Below are positions 1 to 12,133 of a stretch of DNA of 64,000 nucleotides, one piece after another. Source of the DNA: Rhizodiscina lignyota (taxonomy: Eukaryota); the NCBI GenBank assembly GCA_010015805.1, contig ML978122.1, positions 1,832,453 through 1,896,452 on the forward strand, written 5' to 3'. The translations under genes were made by a program, and so were the position numbers. How positions within the stretch are numbered: the stretch's first letter is position 1; the number at the start of each line of letters is the position of its first letter. The notes beneath the pieces are model-generated. The model made no database searches. It was not told the DNA's origin and saw only the letters and a list, made by a program, of their open reading frames with translations.

Positions 1-642
1 ATCGCCGTTGGTCGGATGGGGGGTTGAATACACCGAACAGTGACTTCATTCAGACTGTTTGATGGTGTCGGCGCCCTGAAGGCAGTTGCGCAGTGCCACT
101 CTTATGATAACTAAGAGTGTAGAAGATGGCAGAAGGGCGAAAGTCGATTGCTGGAGGGGCGAAGCGGTTCAGAAGTGGATTCGAAAGCTTGGGTCTTGGA
201 TGCAGAGCAGCGCGCTATGCCACTTTGGGGAGTGAACGGACACCGGCACAATAACGCATGCTCGTCTGTCCTTTTCTTTGTCCACCGGAATCAAGAAAGT
301 CGAGCAACTTACAGCTCTGAACGTCACGAGCACTTTTACTGTCAGCGAGCTGCAGCTGTCGTGCACGAGCAGGCATTCGTTGACCGCCTTGGGCTTTCGG
401 GAAGTGAACCGCTGCCCAATGCGGCTCCGCCGTCCTCAATTGTTCACTCGTTTATTTCATTTGGCTTTGCTATAACTACATGCTAAGTCTCCTTGCAAGC
501 CCCCGCTTATTCGGAGCTTAGATTCATCACTTGTGCTGGAGCCGAGAAACAAGGTTCTGATGTATTTTGTCATCTGTTAAGTTATCGTGCTTGCTCATCC
601 GATCTTGACGTGCATCCCGCGTCAGCAACCAAAGACCCCACG

Positions 643-2542
643 CTATAGCTTAGTGCCCAAGTTCACGTGCACCTAAAGTATGTCAAACAATGCAAATCCC
701 TGGGGAAGGAGTTGTACTTACTGCCTTCTTTTGCGAGTACGCTTCCAATCCGGCTTCACCAAGCTCACGACCGATACCGCTCTGCTTGACGCCACCGAAT
801 GGGATGCGGAAGTCTGAGTCGTTGCTGCTGTTGATCCATACCATGCCAGCTTCGATCCTGCGAGCGACGCGGTGGGCCTTTGTGATGTTCTCAGTGAAGA
901 GGGCGCTTCCAAGGCCGTATGTGCTGTCGTTTGCCCGCGTAATGGCTTCCTCCTCTGTCTTGAAGGAAGTGATGACGACAAATGGGCCGAAGACTTCCTC
1001 GCGATAGATCTTCATGTCGTCTTTGACGTTGGTGAAGACCGTAGGGGCAATGAAGAATCCCTTTCCACCAACGTCCTTGAAAGGCTCACCACCCATTTCC
1101 AGTTTTGCGCCCTCGCTCTTACCAGCCTCAATGTATGACAGGACGCGGTCGTACTGCAGCTTCGTAACTTGTGGGCCCTGGAATGTATCGTCCTCAAACG
1201 GATTGCCGACCTTGCTGGTAGCCTTCACGTGCTCCTTGAACGCGGCAACAAATTTGTCGTAGATGCCTTCCTGGACGAATACACGCGATGTGGCTGTGCA
1301 GACTTGACCTTGGTTGTACATGATTCCAACGTGTGCCCACTTGACAGCCTGATCCAAGTCTGCATCGTCAAAGACAATGAGCGGGCTCTTTCCTCCTGTT
1401 TCCAGGGTAATATTCTTCATGTTGATGGCGGCCATCTTCATGATTTCCTTTCCGGTTGCGGTGCTTCCAGTAAATGCAATCTTGTCAATGTCGAGATGAG
1501 TGGCGATGGCAGCTCCAGCAACACGTCCATAGCCGTTCAGGATGTTTACAACGCCTGGCGGGAAGCCAGCCTCTTTGATTAGATTTGCAAGGTAGAGAAT
1601 CGAGAGAGGAGTCTGCTCAGCTGCCTTCATAACGACAGTGTTGCCGCAAGCCAGGGCTGGGCCCAGCTTCCAAGCAGCCATGAGGAGAGGAAAGTTCCAT
1701 CTACCCACCAATTAGCAAAATATTGAAGAGTGCGTTCAAGCTATCCGTACGGAATGATCTGTCCGCAAACGCCGATAGGCTCGCGGACGGTATAAGCGAA
1801 TTTGGCAGGTGTCGTCTCAATTACTTGACCGTGAATCTATAAATCAACACTTTAGTCAAAACTTCTAGGCTTTTGTAATCGGCTATACTAATTCCTACCT
1901 TATCCGCATAGCCGCCATAGTATTTGAAGACGTTCGCAACCTCGGTAAGATCGTCGTTCAGCGCGACTGAGTATGCCTTGCCTACATCGTAGAATGTTAG
2001 AATTTCGTCCGGGCGCTCACTAATCGATAAGTAATCGAACGGGAGAGGCGAGCAATACCATTGTCCCATGTCTCGATTGTTGCAAGAGTCTCTTTGTGCT
2101 CTTCAATAAGTTGGTACAGCTTGTACATCAGATTTCCCCTCTCGGTGCCGCCAATGTCTCTCCAAGACGGGTCTTTGAATGCGTTGCGTGCTGCCTTTAC
2201 GGCATCATCGACATCGTCTGCGCCTGCAGCGTGGACGGTGACGATATCTTGCTCGGTGCTAGACACGTGAGTCTCCTTGCGGCATTTATGATAGAGCATT
2301 ACTCACGCAGGCGAAATGCTTGTTATCTTCTCCCCACTCTTTGACTTTACCCACTCATTGTTGATGAACAAACCAGTTGGCTGGGTGTATTTCCTGCCAT
2401 TTGGCGCCGTCAGCTCTACCGCGAGATCGGACATGCTTCTGATTTGCTTTTTGAGGAATACAACGTGGAATTGGGTTTTGGCGAGAGGAGGTCTGGAGAA
2501 AACGGAGGATGAATGAGAGATGAGCAGACGTCTGAAGATCAT
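643..2542 (-). CDS. NAD+-dependent aldehyde dehydrogenase (ALDH1/2-like), 6 exons; second in-frame ATG at 2434
   Basis: Motifs IIPWNFPLLM, FTGSTATG, TLETGGKSP, catalytic Cys in NQGQVCTA, EEVFGP and PFGGVKQSGIGRELG. Five GT-AG introns join the ORF fragments: about 2306-2259, 2058-1982, 1898-1837, 1750-1701 and 721-673. The last exon reads VHVNLGTKL-stop. Confidence 0.95.
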
Positions 2543-5500
2543 TTATATTCCCGTCGTCGGCAGAGGGCGCCTTACGCCGGCCAAGCTAAATGTCTGTCAA
2601 TTCGAGAACAGCTTGATAAGCTCTCCACACCAGGCAAGGATCGAGTTTCCTTTTCCAGCGTCATCGGAGAGGGTAAGGTGTGCTGCCCCGCAATGGTGCG
2701 CTAACGCCCTCGCCGGAGCTAGACGTGAAGACTCTGCCACATGTCCATGTAGCTACGTATTTTCCGCAACACCAGAGTAGTGTCTGATATTGGATACGTC
2801 TGATCACTGATATTCCAAATGGACCACGGTTGCGCATAGGCAATTTCGCCTGCACGGAGAGTTTAAGTGCCTCTGGCGATTGGTTACCTCCTTGAATCCA
2901 CTGTCCGGAATAGTTTAACATCCGCCCTTCTCCTCTCCCGAACGTCATTTACGATGTCGAAATCGTGTGCTTCACCAGCAATTGGAACGATACTTCTGCT
3001 TCATGCATTCATAAGCTCCCTTAAAATTCCTCCGGTTCTCCCAAAATGGATGAGAAATCACGTCGGAATCCCGATCATCTCCGAAGGGGCTCCAACTTTG
3101 ACGAGCTTTGCGAGGCATGGAGACTTCTTGGCTTGGCTATCTTAGCGAAAGAGGAAGAGCCTTTCAAATGCGCGGGGAATGTGAAAATGTATTCCAATCG
3201 TTCAGAGGAGGTCGTTGTGACTACTGGACTGGTTCTTGCGGTCTCGTCAGCGACGCAGCATGAGGAGAGCGGTAATCTCCTGATTCAGCCTCCTCCGGTT
3301 TCGTTGCCGTATCTAAGATTGACAGGGACCTTTGACCCACTCCCACTCTCCACCTCAGATGTGGAGCGTCGCAATCGCATCTTTCGGACGTGAATGCGAT
3401 CACGCACGCGTGGGCGCGTGGGAGTTTGTGAATTACGATAGGTCGCCTTTAAGTATCGTAACTCGTCGCGGGAGCGGCTCGACTCCACCAACTTCAAGAA
3501 TCTATGCCGAACACGACACATTCCCCTGCACGGCTGCCGTGCCGTTTGTTGGTTTTGCCACATTAAAATCTCCATCTCGCTGAAGTTCAAGCGCTCGCTT
3601 CGTAGTTCTCATCGAGGTACGCCTGTCAACTTCAGCGACAATTGCCAATGCTCTCCACCGGCAGCCTCGGGCACATGGGAAGTCACGCGGATTCATCCAC
3701 CAGCTGTCCGGTATATGACGGCGTAGCGCAAAACATCACATTGCCACTCGTGTGTGGGGAGCATGGCTTACCAGCAGTCACAGTCTACGCGATCTCGATC
3801 GTGTGAGGCTCTTCGAGACTTTGAGCTGACATATCGAGCTCATCGAAGGCTATTACACCGGTTGTCCGCAGATATCCGAAGCTTGATCTCTTATCCCGTT
3901 AAGGCCGGGGTTCTGTATGTCTGGGGAGTCATTCCAACTTTCAATGGCCAGTCGCGTGGACCATGACAATATTAGAAGAGTGTTCGACTCTACTGATCAA
4001 GAAGCGGGAGTATTCGAGAGCGAAGCAGTTATTATCAACTCCGCAACAACGCGTTTGACAGTGGCAGCGCTCTATCACCAAGCTGGCACCTCTCCAATAA
4101 CGGAAAGAAACTTCGCCGCATCTGGTACCCTTCACAAATAGCCTGGTCCGATCCACTATGTGCGGCGATATCTTGTCATTCTATATTATCTCCCTAAAAG
4201 GCTCGAGCAAAGGCCGAGTTGGTCGGCTGTGACTGTAGATTAAGGCTCAGCATAACGGTTTCCGGTTTCGAGGTTACCTCAGGTGTCATCCATGCTTAGC
4301 TCCCCAGACCCCCAAAGGCTCTACATTCCGCGACTGTACTAGAGAACGGAGAAATAGTCATGAGGGGTATGATAGCTGTTCTGCAGGAAGGGACGTAGAT
4401 GTGCAGAGAGGCGGAATGCCTGAGAAAGAATTCGCAGTACTGCGGAATTGCGGAAGTGGGCTACGAGTGCCGTTTGCCATGGACCCAACAACTAGATCTC
4501 CGAAAAGCCCCAGTGGACAACCTGGAACATCGATGTCGGCATGTCGAATGATTCCCCTCATGGACATGCATGAGCTCTTCCCTACCTGGTAGCGTAATGC
4601 CTTCATCGCTCCAGATATATGTATAGGGGCTCGCGTGGCGGTCGACGGCCTCAACGAAGACTAGAAGCTCGGGAGTTCCTCAAATTCATCCCAGCGACTC
4701 AGATGATTGGAGGCCGCGGTCCCTACACGGCGGACTGGAGTTTGCTGAAAGGCTCTGTATACTATCGACGACTGGACCCTGATGCTTCCGGACATCTTCC
4801 AATGCACAGACCCGACACAGACGGAATTTTGCCTTGGTTCTATTCATATTCCAGGGGATTCGGCCTCCAGGCGCATCGCCGCTGCTTTGACTTGGAGCCA
4901 CATCCGAAAAGAGGCGGAACTCCTCTCTCATATCGGTGACCATAAAGAATTTTGATAAGAGGATACGATTCAAAGTTGCCATTAGAAGCCCCAGATGAGG
5001 ATTTCGGTGTCCTTTGAGGAGGTTGATGAAGCTCGGAGGATTTGACGAGGTTGCAAGTGGAATAAAGCAAACGACTGGTGACCTTGGCCAGGCATCAGTC
5101 CACCATCTGTGTTGCTTGCCATCCTTAGTGGCAAATAGTGAGGCTATGCAAGCTTCACGAGGATTGAATTCCTCGTTGCGGGCAGATGGGTGTCCATGAA
5201 TATGGTCCAAGGCAATCCTCCCATTTCCAAGGGCGTCAGGTAACCCCTCTACAGCCAGTCAACGAAGCTAATATGCACGAACGACTTCAGCGGCATGGCG
5301 ACTACGGAATATTGTCTAACTACTGGATTGGACGATATCAGCCAACCTCTCAGTTTCTCCGCGGTCTCATTCAAAATTGCGCCGATGAGCCTTCTGCATC
5401 AACCAGATTTCGACCGAAGGAAAAAAAATCGAGACGATCGAGTGGATGAAATGAACTCGGAATAATGAGGCACATGGAATGTCTCATGATTGCGGGCAAG

Positions 5501-6067
5501 CAAGGGGATGATGAGCCCAATTCCACAACTCGAGGCCAAATGGACAAAAGTAACAAACAGCCTGCTAAGGCCTACATATTTCCTCCATGTAGGTCGGTCA
5601 TGGGAATGCAACATTCGCTACCTCCACCTGTGCCGTTTCTCGGCTGATTGGATTTGCGCACGCCATGGGATTAAAGGTGAGAATGTACTCTGTCTTTGAA
5701 GGACTCCCGGACTCGACTCAGCTTGCTACATGGCGACATATGCTTCTGAGATAGGAATGTCCGCTTATTGCTAAAGGGTATTTATACGTTTCCTAACAAG
5801 AACAGCGAACCGCTCAAAATTCAAACCTCATCATGGATGACCAAGCAGACGACTTAAAACCAATTTACCCACACTGAGAAAACGACATCGAGATAACAGG
5901 AAAAACAATAAGCTCAAAACAAACAACAACCATGATGACGCGGGTTGTTACTATCATCCCAGGCTCTGCACATGCCGCACTCCTTGAGGATGAGCGCGAA
6001 TTCCTCCATTTCATCTCATCAGCGTTCAAGACACCTTCTCCAAGTCATGGTATATGAATATCTCAGT

Positions 6068-9000
6068 TCAGGACCCCTGCCCGTTCCAGACACGGTTTGC
6101 AGCTTCCTCTGTCCACCAATCATCCGAACATTCGTCCAATGCAAGAAGGTTCTGTTGTAGGTTGCTGCCAGCGGTCGGGATCGAGCCTCCTGTAGCAATG
6201 GAGCCGGACCCGGACGGACCAGTGCTCGCCTCTGCCGGTCCACTGCTTTGCGCTGCCAAAATCGGATCTAGCAGTTGCTGGCCACCAAATTCTGGCGCTT
6301 GTTGATCATTTAATCCCACTTCCTGTGCGGATGTTGGAATGAGATTCTGATTCACCCCCGAGTCAACGGGCGACTCTTCTCCCATGGCCCCTGTCATGGA
6401 GTCCCAATCAACGTAGCTATTCACCGACTGTGGTGTGGCATCAGCCGCTCCTTGGACACTTGGGTCAATGCCAGAATTGAGAAAAGCTCTGATTGCTGTT
6501 AGGTTATCCTCTGACATATCTTGCGTGTCTAGCGTGTCTGGAGTCGGTGGTATCCCTGCGTTCGTATAGCTGATCTGGTTTGCAGTTGACGGGACGGATG
6601 CTTGCGCGTTCCCATGGCCAAGCGATCCCAAAGACACTGACCCCGCGGGTGGAGTAATGGAGCTTGCTTGTAGGACGGCTATATCTGAAGCATTGTCGAA
6701 CTCCTGAGCGGCGCTGCTATGGAGCTGTTCATCTACCTCCTGGCTGTCCTGGACTCCATTCGCAAGCGGACTGCCTTCTGAAGCATGTTGATCTCTTTGG
6801 TCGATCTTCGCCAGCGCTTCCGACGTACTCAAGGTCGATCCTGCTGGCAAGGCAGTATCAACCATGGGAGCACCGTTGCTGAGCGCGTTCCGGTTCGTAT
6901 TCTCTGGACCTCCTTGGATCATACCCGCTTGCATCATGTCTGGCTGTGGCACATTGGCCGCCGGACTCGGTGTTGAATCAGAAGTAGCTTTGGATGGCTG
7001 ACTTCGCAAAGTCTCATTTTGCGCCTGACGCTGTCCGGGGTGTCGGGCCTGGTAATGCGCTTCTCGAAGAATCGCCTGTACTTGCTGAGGAGGTCGAGGC
7101 ATTATATCTTCTGGAAGACTTGGACGATTTTCAGGCATGTTTGGTGTTGCTGCCAAACCAATGCTCGGCGGAATTGATCCTGCTGGCAATGCGACACTGC
7201 CTATCGTGGAAGTACCGTTGCTGAGCGAGTCGCTGCTAACTTTTCCTGACCCTTCTTGCATCATACCTGGCTGCAGCCCGTTCGCCGCAAGAGCCTGTCC
7301 CGGATGGGACGGAGCCTTGTAATACTGATTTGGCAAAAGCTTCCTTTGCACTTGCTGCTGTCCAGGATGCCTGGCCTTATAATGGGCTTCCCGAAGAATT
7401 GCTTGTTCGGGTCGAACAGGTCGGGGCACCATATCTCCTGGGAGACTCGGACCATTTCCATGCCTGTTTGCCGAAGCTGCCACACTAGTGCTCTGCGGCA
7501 TTTGAACGTACCCGGAAAGATTGGAGAAGTCCGTGTTTCCCTGGTGCATCTGATGACCCTGGAATGAAGGATACGGATTTCGTGACTGGTCTGGAACCAA
7601 TTGTCCTCCCAGTCTATGAGGATCTTCGTCGAAACGATGATTGTGGCCAGCCAGCATGTAAGGTCCAGACGAGGCTGCGCTTAAAGCTGCATTGAAATTC
7701 CCATTTTGTGATTGTATGTTCGCGGCATTGACGAACGACTGCTCTGAGCAATGCACGAGAGACTCATCTTGACTCGGATTTTGCAACTGCTGGATAGCGC
7801 CTCCTCTATAGTCCATTGATGTTCCCCGTCTCTGTGGAACAGCAAATTGTTGAATTTGGGGCGTCGGCTGAGGAGTGTGGCTCTGCCGGTCTTGCGTCGC
7901 CTTTGTAGAGTCTAAGTTAGACGAGACGTCGTTGCGATAATTTTTGCTTCTTCTTTGTTGAGAAACGTCAACATTTGCAGTGCCTTCTTTCAGAGTCTTC
8001 GTCATATCTCCGCGCTGCTTGTTTGACTTTCGGTATCGTCCTTTGTTCTGGTCTGACTATTAGTCTTTTCCAACACAGCTTTCTACAGATCACTCGTTGG
8101 CTTACTTGGATATACCCACATGGGGCTGTGACGAGTACCCTGACGTGAAAGATATCCTTCATGATATCGTCACAAATCGACTTCCATCGCTAGAAATATC
8201 ATGAGCTTAACATCCTTCAAGAAAAGTACACAACTGACTTACTCTGCAGCCGTCCTCAATGATTTCAAACCGCTCAATCAGTGGCAAGTCCTCTTCGCCA
8301 CCCTGCTCTTCAACATGGCGCAGTTGGTACTCCGGCAACTGGCACCCGAATTTATGGTGCTTCATGATTTGTATCTAGTGCATGTCAGCAGAAGCTCCTA
8401 TCAGCAAGGAACGCTACACTTACGACCACCTCGTATGCCTTTGCTTCAATGTCTTCTGGGGCATATGGCCGATACATCGCCCAGGCTTGGTATGCGGGCG
8501 AAACGGTTCGCCGGTCACCCTTATCACCAACGGTATCTTCTATCTCGGAGAGGTCGATCATCGCATTATACAGCCTTGTGACGTACGGCCGGATGTTCTT
8601 GGACATGGCTGATACGTCCTCCGGCTCCTTCTCCGTCTTTCGGTCACCGTACAGGTGTTGCCTCACTTCATCAAAATTCGAGAAGAGACCGGAAAACTCC
8701 TTGTAAGGTTCGTGGATTGGTTGCTTCTCCTGCCTCTGCTTCTTTCGGGGCGTGGCATCATAGATGGTCTGGAGGGTCTGATTGTTCTGTGACAATGGAG
8801 TGGTCTCGTCGCTCGGCTGCGAACTGCGCGCAGTTGGGGTAGGTGTCGCTAATGACAAAGGAGTAATGGGAGGTTCAGGTAATCGAGAGTAAGGTGTCAC
8901 ATACTTCCGATTCTCTATGGAAGCCGCTGGAGCGTGTATGGGATCGTTCACTCCATCATCGACATATACGCCGCCTGGAGTTTTCCGACGTCTGGCGTTC

Positions 9001-9200
9001 GGATCTGTGAACGCGTTCGGAGCTACTTCAGCGTCAGTTGGAGCAGCAATACCAGCAAATATCGCTGGAATTGCTCCATTATGCGCTGAAGAAGCTTCGT
9101 ATGCAGAGTATGTGTCATCTTCCTCCAGTGGGAGTGCGTTACGGGCTGGTCGCTTGTATGGGTGATATCGGGAATCATTTGTCTGCTGAGTGCGGTCCAT
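6068..9200 (-). CDS. Hypothetical protein (~990 aa) with an unrecognised conserved domain and a long Q/P/S-rich tail; paralog of 16105-17954
   Basis: Exons 9200-8424, 8374-8243, 8189-8106 and 8047-6068 splice in frame through three phase-0 GTAAG..AG introns. This links the 271-aa and 645-aa ORFs. Confidence 0.8.
6836..7450 (-). repeat. Diverged internal tandem duplication (~109-aa period) within the CDS
   Basis: PSLPGDMVPRPVRPEQAILREAHYKARHPGQQQ...ALPAGS versus PSLPEDIMPRPPQQVQAILREAHYQARHPGQRQ...ALPAGS; the starts are 327 nt apart. Confidence 0.9.
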
Positions 9201-9971
9201 GATTTCGGTTTAGAAAGAGTATTCGAGCTTAAGGTTTATTCTTTGCTTGAATGTTTGGTCGCGATATCTCTCGGGGTTGTGGCTTCGATGTGCGTCGATA
9301 CGTTGGTGTGATTGTAGATGTTGCAGTTCAGGTGTATGCTGATGTTTGAAGAATTCGAGGTAGAATGAAGTGGTTAAGGAGAAGGTGGAGTTATTCGAGA
9401 AAGAGATATACAAAGCCTTCACGTGTGTTGGACCACATCTCACGTCTCCTTTAACACATCGTGTGTTGAGTGTGTCAACTGCTGGTATCAGTTTGTGTTA
9501 CACACTGTTGCGCTCCTTCAGACACGGATAGAGTCGCAACTCGAAGCTCCATGACTTTGTGAATATGTAATCGATGATGGATGTCGCAAATACATAAGCA
9601 TCTGCTCGGAAAGCTATGCGCTTGACCTCATAGACGTGATCAAGAGTCTGTGAGGGAACGATATCGACCGTCTACTCCACAAGGTCTCGACAGAGGACAA
9701 CACATATCGCACAAATCACACAAAGTGCGAACAGGAGCCCTCGCAAAATACCAAGCCATGCTCTGCTTGTTTAATATTTTCCATTTGTACAGATATCAAG
9801 CATATTTCACTTCCAAATTCATCGACAACCATCTGTGTGATCACTACATCCTTGACAAGCTTCACCGCATGGGAAGTAGCCTAAGTAGGCTCATTACAAG
9901 AGACAAGGAAAGGTAGTAGCTGCAAAAGTCTACGTCTGTTTAATATTCTCTATAAGAATTTATCTCCGTAT

Positions 9972-11208
9972 CTAATCATAGTAATTCTGCACCTTCAGGC
10001 CTTTGAACTCAAAGCTAGTGCCTTCTCGCTTCGTCAGCACGGTTTTGTAATGTACATCCTTCACGCGCGCGCGCACGTATGCGGTTCCAGTGACAATGGG
10101 CGCTTCGGTATCCTGATCCTCTTCTGTGAGAAGACCAAGACGATCAAGGAGCGGTGATGGCACTGCTTTCATCGGGGCATTGTCTCCTGGCCTGGAGAAG
10201 TACAGAAGGCCGAGACGAGCGATGTCGATTTGGTCGGCGGGCGGAGTCACGACACGGTGGATAGTCGACTTGATGAAGCCTGTAAACGGGAGTCAGCATT
10301 GCAGATTTGCATACAGGGGCGAAGGGACATACCCTTTGTGAGAAAGCTCAGAGTGTCTGCTGCGTTGCAAGTGATACCGCCCTTGACAGGTTTCACATAC
10401 TTCCATTCGCCTTCCGGGGTGCGGATCTGCAGTCCAGCCACATGCTGAGAGAATAGCAAAGTCAAACTCCCAAAATCAGTGTGGCCGCCTTTCGAGTATG
10501 CTTGTGCGCGGTCCCACTCTTCCTTTGTACGAACATTGTAGATCATATAACGCAGATGATCGTCCGATTTCGCGTCGTAGGCGTGCAGGTTGTAGATGTA
10601 GTCCTCTGGGAGCTCCAGAATAATGCTCATGAGGTTGAAGAGCTTACGAGCCACCTTCTCATGAAGGTCTCTGTGGAAGCTCGCAATTTCCTCCCAGTTC
10701 TCTTTAACGATCTCATGGCGTGGCTCATCTGCTAATTGAGGGATGGGCTTGGGAATGTTGAGCTGCTTGGCGTCAGTACAGATGTCCTCGCGCGTTGATG
10801 CAGACTGACCATTTCAACATTCTCCTTGACACCGGTGTCACCAATCCATCGGGAATTCTCTCGGTACCCAAAGTATTCTCCCTCAGCAAAGTTACATGGG
10901 TATCTGCGCTTCTCCTCCAATGGCTGCTTGAAGAAAGTATTTCCAATGCTGAATTGTCGGAGGACGCGCTCGTCGTCTATTCCGGTATTGACAACGACCC
11001 AGAAGCCAACTTTAGTCACAGCATCATACAGCTGTTTGGCAAGTTCCTGTTTACCGCCGGGTTCATCATAACGAGACAGATCTATCTCTGCAAGTGGTGC
11101 CCAGTCAAGCTCCTCTTTGGTCGTTTCCGGCCGCGCCCATGAGTTCAGCTCAATGCTCTTCGTGACTGCCGGTACGGGCAATGGCAGATCAGCAATAGAT
11201 GGTGCCAT
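9972..11208 (-). CDS. 2-oxoglutarate/Fe(II)-dependent dioxygenase (IPNS/DIOX_N-like), 3 exons
   Basis: N-terminal LAEIDLS...AVTKVGFWVVVNTGI, HxD in GGHTDFGSLTLLFSQ, AGLQI, distal His in STIHRVV and R in ARLGLLYF. Introns at about 10809-10763 and 10332-10280. Confidence 0.92.
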
Positions 11209-12133
11209 GATGAACTGGTAGTAGGAGAGTTTTGTGGAAGCAAGAGATGACACTGATTGCAACCGAGGGGTTGAAATAGAGGGACGGAGATGACTGATTC
11301 GGAAGTGGTAGAGGAGCGGGGGGAATACAAGGTACTTACTGTTCGTGCCGTGTGAAAGCGGGGAGGTTGATACAGCTGTAGGTATGGAAGCATCTACTGC
11401 AGCACACAATCCAATGCTTCTCTAACGCCATCCGCGCGATCTCTGTTATCTACGGCGTAGACTCGGGGCATACACTACAAAAGCTTCAAGGAGCGCTGCG
11501 CTAGCAAGCATCAGACATCAGACGGCTTTTTTTGCCCACTTTTACTCATACACCCGAGGATTTGAGTTACAAGAGGGTGTATACTTTGGCCTTTACGAAA
11601 CTGAAGAGCTGAAGGACATACGGGATCGCTTTATCTATTCCCAATTTGGAATAGCGTCGAGGGAGACAAGGGTAAAAATTTACCAATTCATCTTAACAAT
11701 TAACATACCACCTCGGGAAGCGATGACAACGTGTCAATGTCTCGAGGTCTCCATGGTGAAGACCTCGAGGGACTCAAACGTGTGGACCTAGAACAACCGA
11801 TCAACAAGAAAGGGCCGGAATGACTGGGGGTCATGGCTATGGCTGCGGAAGTAAGTCCAGCACAAGAGCCGGGATATTGAATGGCACAATTACTCCTTGA
11901 CTCTGTCGTCTTTTTAATCTCGCATGGCGCAATACTGGTAGCATCTGGATGAGTACTGGAATCAAAGCCGTCGGTACACAATGGATGTGGTGCCGCAAGC
12001 CTTCTTGAATCTGGACCGGGGGAGGCTGATAAGTACGGAACGATCCCATTCAAATTTTATAGGTTTCATTTGCTTTCGCATCTCTTAAAGCCGATCTGTT
12101 CTTGTCGTTATACGTCAAACCCTTCGGGACACC

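Noticed and set aside
1..486. Short ORFs and a possible gene start at the left edge
   Set aside because: No recognisable motifs. The sequence looks like the promoter or 5' leader of a minus-strand gene outside the window.
683..721. ALDH ORF ending ...PGICIV as a possible CaaX prenylation signal
   Set aside because: This is read-through into intron 721-673, and the Cys is third, not fourth, from the end.
11209..11409. 67-aa N-terminal extension of the dioxygenase ORF
   Set aside because: It begins at a non-ATG codon in the ORF track. MAPSIAD at 11208 is a typical fungal start.
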